From contig CANRPF010000006.1 of NCBI GenBank assembly GCA_947632375.1, forward strand, positions 1 through 52,965: DNA of 52,965 nt. Reading direction: 5' to 3'. The notes beneath the pieces were generated by a model, which saw nothing but the letters and a program-made list of their open reading frames with translations, was not told the DNA's origin and ran no database searches. Positions 34,557 through 43,106 of the stretch are shown here, piece by piece. Origin of the DNA: an uncultured Bacilli bacterium (lineage in GTDB: Bacteria > Bacillota_I > Bacilli_A > RF39 > UBA660). A program made the translations under genes and the position numbers. Positions within the stretch are counted from its first letter, which is position 1. Each line of letters begins with the position of its first letter.

Positions 34557-36092
34557 ATGGGTAAATATGTAGATACTTCTGCTATTATTCAAGTGATAGG
34601 AAATATATATAATAATCCTAGTATACTTGATATGGAAGATAAATACCATTTTTATGAAGAAGACTTTCCAGAAGAATTTCATCGAGTTCTTTTTGGTTCT
34701 ATATATAATTTACATGCTTTAGGAGCAAAAGAAATCAATGTAAATACTATTGAAGATTATTTGCAGCAAAGGCCAAAACATTTGGCTATATATGAATCTC
34801 ATAAAGGTGCAGATTATCTTACTAAAATTAGTAATAATGTACAATATGCAGCTTTTGATTATTATTATCAAAGAATGAAAAAAATGACTTTATTGAGAAT
34901 GTATAATCAACAAGCTGGATTAGACTTAAAATGGTTATATGATATTGATAATATATTTGATGTAAAGAAACGTCAAGCACAAGAAGATTGGTTTGATAAT
35001 ACTCCAATAGAAGTAATAGCAGACACAATCGACCAAAGAATTTCAGATATAAGAATTAAATATGTTGATAATACTGATACTGAAATTATAAGCGCGGGAA
35101 CTGGAGCTGAAGAGCTCCTAGAGCAACTTAAACAGCGCCCAGAGATTGGTTATCCGCTATATGGGCCCCTGGTCAATACGATAACACGCGGTGCCCGCCT
35201 TAAAAAGTTTTATTTGCGGTCCGCGGCGACTGGTGTTGGTAAAACTAGGTCAATGATTGCAGATGCTTGTTCTATTGCTTGTGATGAAATTTTTGATAAA
35301 GAGCAAGGTATTTGGGTTAATAATGGGACAAAAGAACCAACCTTATTTATTGCCACAGAACAAGAATTAGATGAAGTACAAACTATGATGATAGCTTTCT
35401 TATCTAATGTTAATGAAGACCATATAGTTATGGGTAATTATTATGCAGGAGAGTGGGAAAGAGTTATCTATGCTGCTCAATTATTAAAAAAATGTCCAAT
35501 ATATACAATTAGATTAAAAGATTTTTCATTACAAGATATAGAGAATACAGTAAAACACAGTATTAGAGACCATGAGACAAGATATATTTTCTTTGATTAC
35601 TTACACTCTAGTATGAAAATTCTTGAAGAAGTGTCTTCAAAGGCTAAGGTTAAAGGATTAAGAGAAGATAATGTTTTGTTTATGATTTCAACCAGATTGA
35701 AAGATATTTGTAATGAATATGGAGTTTTTGTTATGACTGCAACACAGTTAAATGCAGAATATAAGACAGCTCAGCAATATGACCAAAATCTTTTAAGAGG
35801 TGCTAAATCTATTGCTGATAAAATTGATGTTGGTATGATTATGCTTGAAGTTAGTCAAGATGATAGAGCTGCACTTGAAGAGATTATTAAACAAGGTTTC
35901 GAGATGCCAACTATTAAAATTTCTGTTTATAAAAATAGACGAGGAAGATATAAAGATATTTTAATGTGGTGCAGAGAAGACCGTGGAACTTGCAAGATAG
36001 AACCAATATTTGTTACTGATTATCAATATGAACTTGTTGCTATTGAAGATTTAAGAATTAAAATTAAAGAAGAATCAGCATTTGAGGAATAG
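34557..36092 (+). CDS. Replicative DNA helicase, DnaB family
   Basis: C-terminal RecA-like domain with Walker A AATGVGKT. DnaB-type N-terminal domain. 511 aa. Confidence 0.8.
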   Translation: MGKYVDTSAIIQVIGNIYNNPSILDMEDKYHFYEEDFPEEFHRVLFGSIYNLHALGAKEINVNTIEDYLQQRPKHLAIYESHKGADYLTKISNNVQYAAFDYYYQRMKKMTLLRMYNQQAGLDLKWLYDIDNIFDVKKRQAQEDWFDNTPIEVIADTIDQRISDIRIKYVDNTDTEIISAGTGAEELLEQLKQRPEIGYPLYGPLVNTITRGARLKKFYLRSAATGVGKTRSMIADACSIACDEIFDKEQGIWVNNGTKEPTLFIATEQELDEVQTMMIAFLSNVNEDHIVMGNYYAGEWERVIYAAQLLKKCPIYTIRLKDFSLQDIENTVKHSIRDHETRYIFFDYLHSSMKILEEVSSKAKVKGLREDNVLFMISTRLKDICNEYGVFVMTATQLNAEYKTAQQYDQNLLRGAKSIADKIDVGMIMLEVSQDDRAALEEIIKQGFEMPTIKISVYKNRRGRYKDILMWCREDRGTCKIEPIFVTDYQYELVAIEDLRIKIKEESAFEE

Positions 36093-36094
36093 AT

Positions 36095-36232
36095 ATGAAA
36101 TGTTATAGAAATGGTGGATGCGGTCCATATGAAATGTATAGTTGCCATGAATGTCCTTGTAGTAAGAAGGAATATTTATTAAAAAGGTTAAAAGAGGAAA
36201 TTAAATATAAGAAAAAATGTACAAAGAATTAA
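36095..36232 (+). CDS. Small Cys-rich peptide (45 aa)
   Basis: MKCYRNGGCGPYEMYSCHECPCSKK... Start overlaps the DnaB stop. Confidence 0.25.
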   Translation: MKCYRNGGCGPYEMYSCHECPCSKKEYLLKRLKEEIKYKKKCTKN

Positions 36233-36361
36233 AGGAATTATGGGACTGGTTGGGTTTTTGTGTTTGGGTCGGTAATTGGAGGAAAGCAAGTGAAACTTCT
36301 AATAAAATAGATGAAATTGCAAAGAACCATAAAATTGCAAATTTCTTTGCTATGATGTTTC

Positions 36362-37486
36362 ATGCGTTTTAATAATATGTATAATAAAGATAAAATAAAA
36401 AATTCTTTAACTCTTGAACAAGTATATGAATTTGTAGTTGACTTAGGCGGAGAACCAATTATAAAGGAAAATTATTTTATTTCTAGGACGATATGTCATA
36501 ATCCACCTGGGTTTGGTTCATATAAATTATATTATTATAATAATACAAAATTGTTTAAATGTTTTACTGATTGTGGAGATAGTTTTGATATATTTCAATT
36601 AGTATGTAAAGTAAAAAATCAAACTATTGAGGATAAAACTGCACAATGGCAATTAAATAATGCTATTATGTATGTTGCAAGATATTTTGGATTTTCAAAT
36701 GAAAACTTTGATTTTTCAAATAATAAAGATAATCTTCACGATTGGGAAATTTTAAATAAATATGATGAAAATAACTTAGTTAAACAACAACAAATTATTG
36801 ACTTAAAAGTTTTTGATAAAAATATTTTAAAATATTTACCGCATCCAAATATTACTCCATGGGAGCTAGAGGGCATAGATGATAAAGTAATGTGTGAACA
36901 TGATATTGCTTATAATCCAATTTCTCAAAGTATTATTATACCACATTATGATATTAACAATAATTTAATTGGAATTAGAGAGAGAACTTTAGTAAAAGAA
37001 CAAGAACAATATGGTAAGTATAGACCTGCTATTTTAAATAGACAAATGTATAACCATCCTTTAAGTTTTAATTTATATAATTTAAACAATAGTAAAGATA
37101 ATATTAAGATAATAAAAAAAGCCATTGTATTTGAAGGTGAAAAATCACCTTTACTTTATGCAAGTTATTTTGGAAGTGATAGAGATATAAGTGTAGCTTG
37201 CTGCGGAAGTTCGCTTATTTGGTATCAAGTTCAACTTTTATTATCTTTAGGTGTTGAAGAAATTATTGTTGCGTTTGATAAACAATTTCAAGCGATTGGT
37301 GATAATGAATTTAAAAGATGGATAAAAAAATTAACTGATATTTATAAAAAATATAGTAGTTTTGTAACAATTAGTTTTATGTTTGATAAATGGAATTTAT
37401 TAGATTATAAAATGAGTCCAATAGATAATGGCAAAGAGACATTTATAGAATTATATAATAGACGTTTTTCATTGGAGGAGAATTGA
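36362..37486 (+). CDS. DNA primase (DnaG-like zinc-binding domain + TOPRIM-like core)
   Basis: CHNP...FKCFTDCGDSFDIFQL zinc-finger block. Adjacent to the replicative helicase. Confidence 0.6.
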   Translation: MRFNNMYNKDKIKNSLTLEQVYEFVVDLGGEPIIKENYFISRTICHNPPGFGSYKLYYYNNTKLFKCFTDCGDSFDIFQLVCKVKNQTIEDKTAQWQLNNAIMYVARYFGFSNENFDFSNNKDNLHDWEILNKYDENNLVKQQQIIDLKVFDKNILKYLPHPNITPWELEGIDDKVMCEHDIAYNPISQSIIIPHYDINNNLIGIRERTLVKEQEQYGKYRPAILNRQMYNHPLSFNLYNLNNSKDNIKIIKKAIVFEGEKSPLLYASYFGSDRDISVACCGSSLIWYQVQLLLSLGVEEIIVAFDKQFQAIGDNEFKRWIKKLTDIYKKYSSFVTISFMFDKWNLLDYKMSPIDNGKETFIELYNRRFSLEEN

Positions 37487-37487
37487 T

Positions 37488-37670
37488 ATGATAGAAATAT
37501 TACGTGAAGGACCTGGATTAAGACAGGTAACATGCTCAAATTGTCAATCTTTATTGCAGTATGATGAAAGATTTGATACAAAGGAAAAAGAAGAATTTAA
37601 AAAAATTATTGAATATATAATTTGTCCAGTGTGTAAAACAAAAACTGTTGTAAGATGGAGAAAAAAATAA
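37488..37670 (+). CDS. Zinc-ribbon protein
   Basis: 60 aa with CSNCQ ... CPVCK. Confidence 0.3.
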   Translation: MIEILREGPGLRQVTCSNCQSLLQYDERFDTKEKEEFKKIIEYIICPVCKTKTVVRWRKK

Positions 37671-39431
37671 ATGAAGTATAAACTAATTAAACCTATCAAC
37701 AAAGATTATACTGCGCTAGAACAGGTACTTACTAATAGAGGAATTGCATTAGAAGAAATTCCTCATTATTGTAATACAACAGATGAAGATATAAACTCTC
37801 CATTATTATTTGGAGAAGAGGTAATGAAAAACGCGGCGACCGCGCTCGTAGGATGCATTGGGGCTAACCAAAATGCAGCAATTATCGTAGATGCCGATTG
37901 TGATGGATTTACATCATCTGCACTTTTAATTAACTATCTTTATAATATATGGCCAACTTGGGTAGATAATCATTTAACTTGGTACTTGCATGATGGTAAA
38001 CAACATGGTTTAAGTGATTATTGCGATCTCTTAGAACAATCACATTATAATCTAGTAATAATTCCGGACGCTGGGTCCAATGACTACACCTACCACGAAC
38101 GTTTAAGTGCCATTGGGACAAAAATAATTATTCTTGACCATCACGAGGCGGACGAAATATCGCCCTACGCGATAGTAATAAATAACCAACTCTCTGATTA
38201 TCCTAATAAACAGCTCTCAGGTGTCGGTGTCACATGGCAATTTTGTAGATATATAGATAGTTTATTAGGCAAGAATTATGCAGACCAATACCTTGATTTG
38301 GTCGCACTTGGACTAACCGCAGATATGCAATCTATGTTGTCATTAGAAACCAAGCATCTGATTAATAAAGGCTTTGAGCCAGATAATATTCATAATCCAT
38401 TTATTTATAATATGTGGCAAAAGAATAAATTTAAGTTAGGTGAACACATTACTTCATGGGGCGCCGCGTTCTATATTGCTCCCTTTGTTAATGCTATTGT
38501 TCGTAGCGGAACTCAAGAGGAAAAAGAAATAATTTTTAAATCAATGTTACAAAAAGAAGCCTTTAAGATGATATTATCTAACAAACGAGGTCATAAACTT
38601 GGAGAACAGGAACAATTAGTAGAACAAGCTATGAGAGTCTGTACTAATGTAAAAAATAGACAAACAAAAGCACAAGATGCTGGAATGGAATTTCTTGAAA
38701 ATAAAATAGAAGAAGAACATCTATTAAATAATAAAGTATTATTATTCTTGTTAGAACCTGGGCAGGTAGATAAAAATATTGCAGGATTGATTGCAAATAA
38801 ATTTATGGCTAAATATCAACGACCATGTTGTATTTTAACAAGAGTAGACGATGTAGAAATATCATATCAAGGTTCTGCTCGCGGATGCGATAAAGTTGGA
38901 GTAACTGAATTTAAAGATATATGCGCGGGAACTGGTCTACCAACCTTTACAGCTGGCCATCAGGGCGCCTTTGGCCTAGGTCTCCGCGCTGATGATATTT
39001 CTAATTTTTTACAAGCAACAAATAAAGCATTGAAAAATATGTCAGAAGAAGCATTATATTATGTTGACTATATTTATGATGGCACAAATGTTAATGCTGA
39101 GAATATTCTTGATATAGCTGATATGGATGCTTATTGGGGTAAAGATATAGATGAATCATTAGTAGCTATAAAGAATTTAAAAGTTACTAAAGATATGGTT
39201 ACACTGATGTCACCAGATAAAACTCCTACATTAAAAATAACTTTACCAAATAGAATTGCTATTATTAAATTTGGCTCAAGTCAAGAAGAATATGATAAAA
39301 TTGCTACTGATGGATATGTTACTCTTGATATAGTTGGTAAATGTAATAGGAATGAATGGAATGGATGGGTAACTCCACAGATTCTCATTGAAGATTATGA
39401 AATTATTGATTCATGTAAATATTACTTTTAA
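37671..39431 (+). CDS. DHH-family phosphoesterase, RecJ-like ssDNA exonuclease
   Basis: DHH motifs: IIVDADCDGFTS, LVIIPDAGS and ILDHHEAD. Confidence 0.75.
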   Translation: MKYKLIKPINKDYTALEQVLTNRGIALEEIPHYCNTTDEDINSPLLFGEEVMKNAATALVGCIGANQNAAIIVDADCDGFTSSALLINYLYNIWPTWVDNHLTWYLHDGKQHGLSDYCDLLEQSHYNLVIIPDAGSNDYTYHERLSAIGTKIIILDHHEADEISPYAIVINNQLSDYPNKQLSGVGVTWQFCRYIDSLLGKNYADQYLDLVALGLTADMQSMLSLETKHLINKGFEPDNIHNPFIYNMWQKNKFKLGEHITSWGAAFYIAPFVNAIVRSGTQEEKEIIFKSMLQKEAFKMILSNKRGHKLGEQEQLVEQAMRVCTNVKNRQTKAQDAGMEFLENKIEEEHLLNNKVLLFLLEPGQVDKNIAGLIANKFMAKYQRPCCILTRVDDVEISYQGSARGCDKVGVTEFKDICAGTGLPTFTAGHQGAFGLGLRADDISNFLQATNKALKNMSEEALYYVDYIYDGTNVNAENILDIADMDAYWGKDIDESLVAIKNLKVTKDMVTLMSPDKTPTLKITLPNRIAIIKFGSSQEEYDKIATDGYVTLDIVGKCNRNEWNGWVTPQILIEDYEIIDSCKYYF

Positions 39432-39490
39432 CTTGGTTGGATGGCTCTTGGTTATATCCTAAAACAATCTGGCTTTTGGAAATTTTTCAT

Positions 39491-39519
39491 TTGATTTTTT
39501 ATATAAATTATGATATAAT
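39491..39519 (+). promoter_or_regulatory. Promoter TTGATT-17-TGaTATAAT
   Basis: Upstream of the S24-peptidase-like / Dda-helicase operon. Confidence 0.55.
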
Positions 39520-39539
39520 TTATATAGATAAGGAGAATA

Positions 39540-39857
39540 ATGATGTATAAAGGAAAAGAAGATTTAAATGCAGCTATACATTTACAAAATGGAGAAGAAT
39601 GTATACTTATTGGATACGGCCAATCTATGACGCCTATTATTAAATCTGGTCAATCAGTAAGAGTAATTCCAGTAACAAAAGACACAGAATTAGAAAAAGA
39701 TGATATAGTATTTTGTAAAGTAAATAGACATTTTTATATACATAAAATATCGGCTATTAAAAATAACAATTCATATCAAATATCTAATAATCATGGTCAT
39801 ATCAATGGTTGGATTAGTAGAAAACAAATATATGGAAAAGTTATTGAAATATTATAA
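39540..39857 (+). CDS. S24 (LexA/UmuD-like) peptidase-domain protein
   Basis: GQSMTPIIKSGQSVRV (Ser nucleophile) and downstream Lys in CKVNRHFYIHKI. 105 aa, catalytic domain only. Confidence 0.45.
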   Translation: MMYKGKEDLNAAIHLQNGEECILIGYGQSMTPIIKSGQSVRVIPVTKDTELEKDDIVFCKVNRHFYIHKISAIKNNNSYQISNNHGHINGWISRKQIYGKVIEIL

Positions 39858-39872
39858 AGGAGCAGTATATAA

Positions 39873-41057
39873 ATGATATTAACTTCAAAACAAGAGCAAG
39901 GATTAAATATAGTTTTAAATAAATATAAAAACCATGAAAAATATGCAGTAATTGCAGGATATGCTGGTACTGGCAAGAGTACATTAGTAAAATTTATTAT
40001 TTCTGCACTACTACAAGATAATGATATAGAAGAAAAAGATATAGTATTTGCAACCTATACGGGTAAGGCTGCACAAGTTTTAATTAACAAAGGTAACAAA
40101 AATTCCATGACTTTACATAAATTACTTTATGACTCATTTCCTAAACCAGATGGGTCTTTTTTCCGTAAACCAAAACCAGAAATAGGGTATAAAATTGTTG
40201 TAGTTGATGAAGTATCAATGGCACCAAAAACTTTAATAGATTTACTTTTTTCACATAATACTTTTGTTATTTGTCTTGGCGACCCATTTCAGTTACCTCC
40301 AATAGATGATAAAGAGGATAATCATTTACTTGACCATCCAGATATTTTTCTTGATGAAATTATGCGTCAAGCTAAAGAATCTGAAATTATTCAACTAACA
40401 ATGAAAATTAGAACTGGAGAACCTATTTCTTATTTTACTGGTAGGGAAGTGCAAATTATTCCTAAAAAGAGTATCGTTGCTGGTATGATGGTTTGGGCAG
40501 ACCAAATTCTAGTAGCAAAAAATGAGACTAGAAATGCTATGAATCAAACTATGCGGCATTTGCTTAATAAGAATGAACCAATGCCAATGGAGGGCGACAA
40601 AGTTATTTGTTTAAGAAATTATTGGGATATAACTTCAGATGAAAATAATAGTTTAATCAATGGTACAATAGGTTATCTTAATAATAAATTTGAAACAGTG
40701 CATTATCTTCCAAAGTGGGCTGGCGGTGGCAATATAGATGTAACTATTGCAAAATTTATTACAGATACTAATGATGATTTTAATACATTAGAAATGGATA
40801 CCAAGATGATTATGACTGGCGAAAAATGTGTAGATAATAAAATTGCTTATAGATTAAATGTTAATCCAAAAACTAAAGCAATAGTACCTTTAGAATTTAC
40901 ATATGGATATGCAATTACATGTCATAAAGCACAAGGTTCAGAATGGAATAAAGTTTTAGTATTTGAAGAAAACTTCCCATTTAACAGAGAAGAACATGCT
41001 CGTTGGCTCTACACTGCCTGTACAAGAGCATCAGAAAAATTAGTCTTATTAAGATAG
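39873..41057 (+). CDS. SF1B DNA helicase, Dda/RecD-like
   Basis: Walker A GYAGTGKSTL. TYTGKAAQVL. C-terminal YAITCHKAQGSEW motif. Confidence 0.75.
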   Translation: MILTSKQEQGLNIVLNKYKNHEKYAVIAGYAGTGKSTLVKFIISALLQDNDIEEKDIVFATYTGKAAQVLINKGNKNSMTLHKLLYDSFPKPDGSFFRKPKPEIGYKIVVVDEVSMAPKTLIDLLFSHNTFVICLGDPFQLPPIDDKEDNHLLDHPDIFLDEIMRQAKESEIIQLTMKIRTGEPISYFTGREVQIIPKKSIVAGMMVWADQILVAKNETRNAMNQTMRHLLNKNEPMPMEGDKVICLRNYWDITSDENNSLINGTIGYLNNKFETVHYLPKWAGGGNIDVTIAKFITDTNDDFNTLEMDTKMIMTGEKCVDNKIAYRLNVNPKTKAIVPLEFTYGYAITCHKAQGSEWNKVLVFEENFPFNREEHARWLYTACTRASEKLVLLR

Positions 41058-41066
41058 GAGTTAGAC

Positions 41067-41255
41067 ATGTGTGATTATTGTGAAGGAGCAAAACCTTTAA
41101 TCTTAGGTAAAACAAATGATTATGGAATAGCAATATTACATCCAAATAGATTAAATGCTTATGGATATGATGTTGATGGTCCTAAATCTAATGGATTAAT
41201 AGTTAAAATAAATTATTGTCCAATGTGCGGGAGAAAACTAGATGGAACAATATAA
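41067..41255 (+). CDS. Small zinc-ribbon protein
   Basis: 62 aa with CDYCEG ... CPMCG. Confidence 0.3.
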   Translation: MCDYCEGAKPLILGKTNDYGIAILHPNRLNAYGYDVDGPKSNGLIVKINYCPMCGRKLDGTI

Positions 41256-41424
41256 TAATTGGTATGATTTTTGCGATGCTAACAAAGATGAAAAAGAAAA
41301 ATTTATCAGCAAACAAATAAAACTATCTTTGAATGTAGTAAAAACAGAACCTAGAATCTTGGAAGAATTTAAAAAGTCTATTTTATACCAAAAGAACAAG
41401 TCGCCTAATGTAGAAAGAAGGTGA
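41242..41424 (+). CDS. Hypothetical protein
   Basis: 60 aa ORF overlapping the upstream gene. Confidence 0.25.
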   Translation: MEQYNNWYDFCDANKDEKEKFISKQIKLSLNVVKTEPRILEEFKKSILYQKNKSPNVERR

Positions 41425-41479
41425 TAATATTAAACTCAGAACTAGCTATTTTTACCAGATTCGTAATTTTAAAAGAAAT

Positions 41480-41908
41480 ATGATTCCAATATCAACAGCT
41501 ATTTGGGACCCAAAATGGTATCATAATTTTACAGGTAACTATAATTATATATTTAAAGACAAAAGAGGAATAGTCAATGGTATTAGATACTTACCTATAA
41601 TAGAATGCGGGAAGGCCGCTCAAAGCTGCAAAGGTCCAGAACATTGTAGTTTTCAACCGGAACCCGCATGTCCTTTTTTAAGTAGTTATAGACAAAATCT
41701 TGAACAATTAGATTTTAATAATCTTTTATCTGACTTTTCTTCTCTTGCTGAAAAATATAAAGAAGCAGAGAGTATAGATGAAGAAATAATAATGGTTTTA
41801 ATTGTTTATGAAACTCCTAAAAATTCTTGTAGTGAGAGAGTAGCTTTAATAGATTATTTTAACTCGCATGGAGTTGAGTGTGAAGAATTGGTTTATCCAA
41901 TCACTTGA
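41480..41908 (+). CDS. Hypothetical protein
   Basis: 142 aa ORF with Cys cluster CGKAAQSCKGPEHC. Confidence 0.3.
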   Translation: MIPISTAIWDPKWYHNFTGNYNYIFKDKRGIVNGIRYLPIIECGKAAQSCKGPEHCSFQPEPACPFLSSYRQNLEQLDFNNLLSDFSSLAEKYKEAESIDEEIIMVLIVYETPKNSCSERVALIDYFNSHGVECEELVYPIT

Positions 41909-41933
41909 CTTTTGATTTAAAATATGTTATAAT
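41905..41933 (+). promoter_or_regulatory. Promoter TTGACT-17-TGtTATAAT upstream of the second homing-endonuclease-like gene and the polymerase
   Basis: Hexamers at 41905-41910 and 41928-41933. Confidence 0.55.
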
Positions 41934-42074
41934 ATAAATAGATTAAAAAAGTGAGCATTTTTATTGATACGCATACAAACTATATAAAAATATGAAAAAA
42001 TTTTGGACGAAGTTTAATAAAGTTCCTGTGAGTATTTTTAAATATAATATCAAAATAAGAAAAGGGGCTTTATT

Positions 42075-42980
42075 ATGAAATTGATTGATTTAACAGGGCA
42101 AAGATTTGGCAAGCTAGTTGTTTTAGAAAGAGACACTTCAAAGACTAATGGCACCTATTGGTTATGTAAATGTGATTGTGGAAAAATTATTTCAGCAAGA
42201 AAAGACCAATTAACTAGGTTAAAAAATCCTAAGCGTAGTTGTGGATGTGATTTAGCAGAAAAAACATCATTGGTTCATGTAAAAGATGAAACAGGAAAAA
42301 GATATGGAAAATTAACTGTGTTATATAGAACAGAAGATTTGCGCAAAGGAGAAGCAAGATGGCATTGTAGATGTGATTGTGGTAATGAATGTGATGTTAG
42401 CGGTGTTCATCTTAGAAATGGTTCTGTTCAATCTTGCGGGTGCAAAAGATATGAAAGTCATAATGGTATAGATGAAACAGGTAAAAAGTATGGAAAATTA
42501 ACTGTGTTATATCGTAGTAAAAATATAGATAGTTCACATATTTTTTGGCATTGTAAATGTGATTGTGGTAATGAATGCGATGTTAATGGTTCTTATTTAA
42601 GAGCTGGTATTAGTACAAATTGTGGCTGTGAAAGAAGTGTTGGTGAACATAAAATTGCGAAAATACTTAAAGAAAATAATATACGTTTTAAACGAGAATA
42701 TACTTTTCCTGACTTATTGGGTGATGGTAGAGGAAGGTTAAGATTTGATTTTGGAATTTTAAATGAAAAAGATGAATTATTATATTTAATAGAATATGAT
42801 GGTATTCAACATTTTGAACCAAATTGTTTTGGCTATAATGAAGAAAACTTTAATATTCTAAAAAAATATGATAAAATAAAAGATGAATACTGTAAAAAGA
42901 ATAATATTTATTTAATAAGAGTGCCATACACAAAACTTAAAGATTTAAGCCTCAATGACTTAATAAGAAAGGAGGATTGA
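42075..42980 (+). CDS. Homing-endonuclease-like protein, paralogue with three zinc-ribbon DNA-binding repeats + restriction-endonuclease-like C-terminal domain
   Basis: Three copies of the GxR[FY]GKLxVL.R...W.C.CDCG......L..G...SCGC unit. C-terminal LIEYDGIQHF ... IYLIRVPY is the same as 14796-15524. Repeats 2 and 3 are near-identical at the DNA level. Confidence 0.5.
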   Translation: MKLIDLTGQRFGKLVVLERDTSKTNGTYWLCKCDCGKIISARKDQLTRLKNPKRSCGCDLAEKTSLVHVKDETGKRYGKLTVLYRTEDLRKGEARWHCRCDCGNECDVSGVHLRNGSVQSCGCKRYESHNGIDETGKKYGKLTVLYRSKNIDSSHIFWHCKCDCGNECDVNGSYLRAGISTNCGCERSVGEHKIAKILKENNIRFKREYTFPDLLGDGRGRLRFDFGILNEKDELLYLIEYDGIQHFEPNCFGYNEENFNILKKYDKIKDEYCKKNNIYLIRVPYTKLKDLSLNDLIRKED

Positions 42981-43028
42981 TAAATAATGATAATGAGTAG
43001 ATTTGAAATACATTCACATACTCATTAT

Positions 43029-43049
43029 TCTTAGGTATCTAACCTAAGA
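43029..43049 (+). other. 8-bp stem / 5-nt loop hairpin containing an in-frame TAG at the start of the Pol III alpha PHP domain (candidate recoding / bypass element)
   Basis: tcttaggt-atcta-acctaaga. TAG at 43032-43034. A UCU codon precedes the stop and an identical UCU (43038-43040) lies in the loop. Confidence 0.6.
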
Positions 43050-43106
43050 TTATTAGATTGCATAAATCGTCCAAAAGATTTAATCAATAGAGCGATAGAT
43101 TTAGGA

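Noticed and set aside
42987-43034. 15-codon ORF MIMSRFEIHSHTHYS as an independent mini-gene
   Set aside because: It is in frame with, and homologous to, the canonical N-terminus of the Pol III alpha PHP domain, so it is treated as the interrupted 5' end of the polymerase gene.
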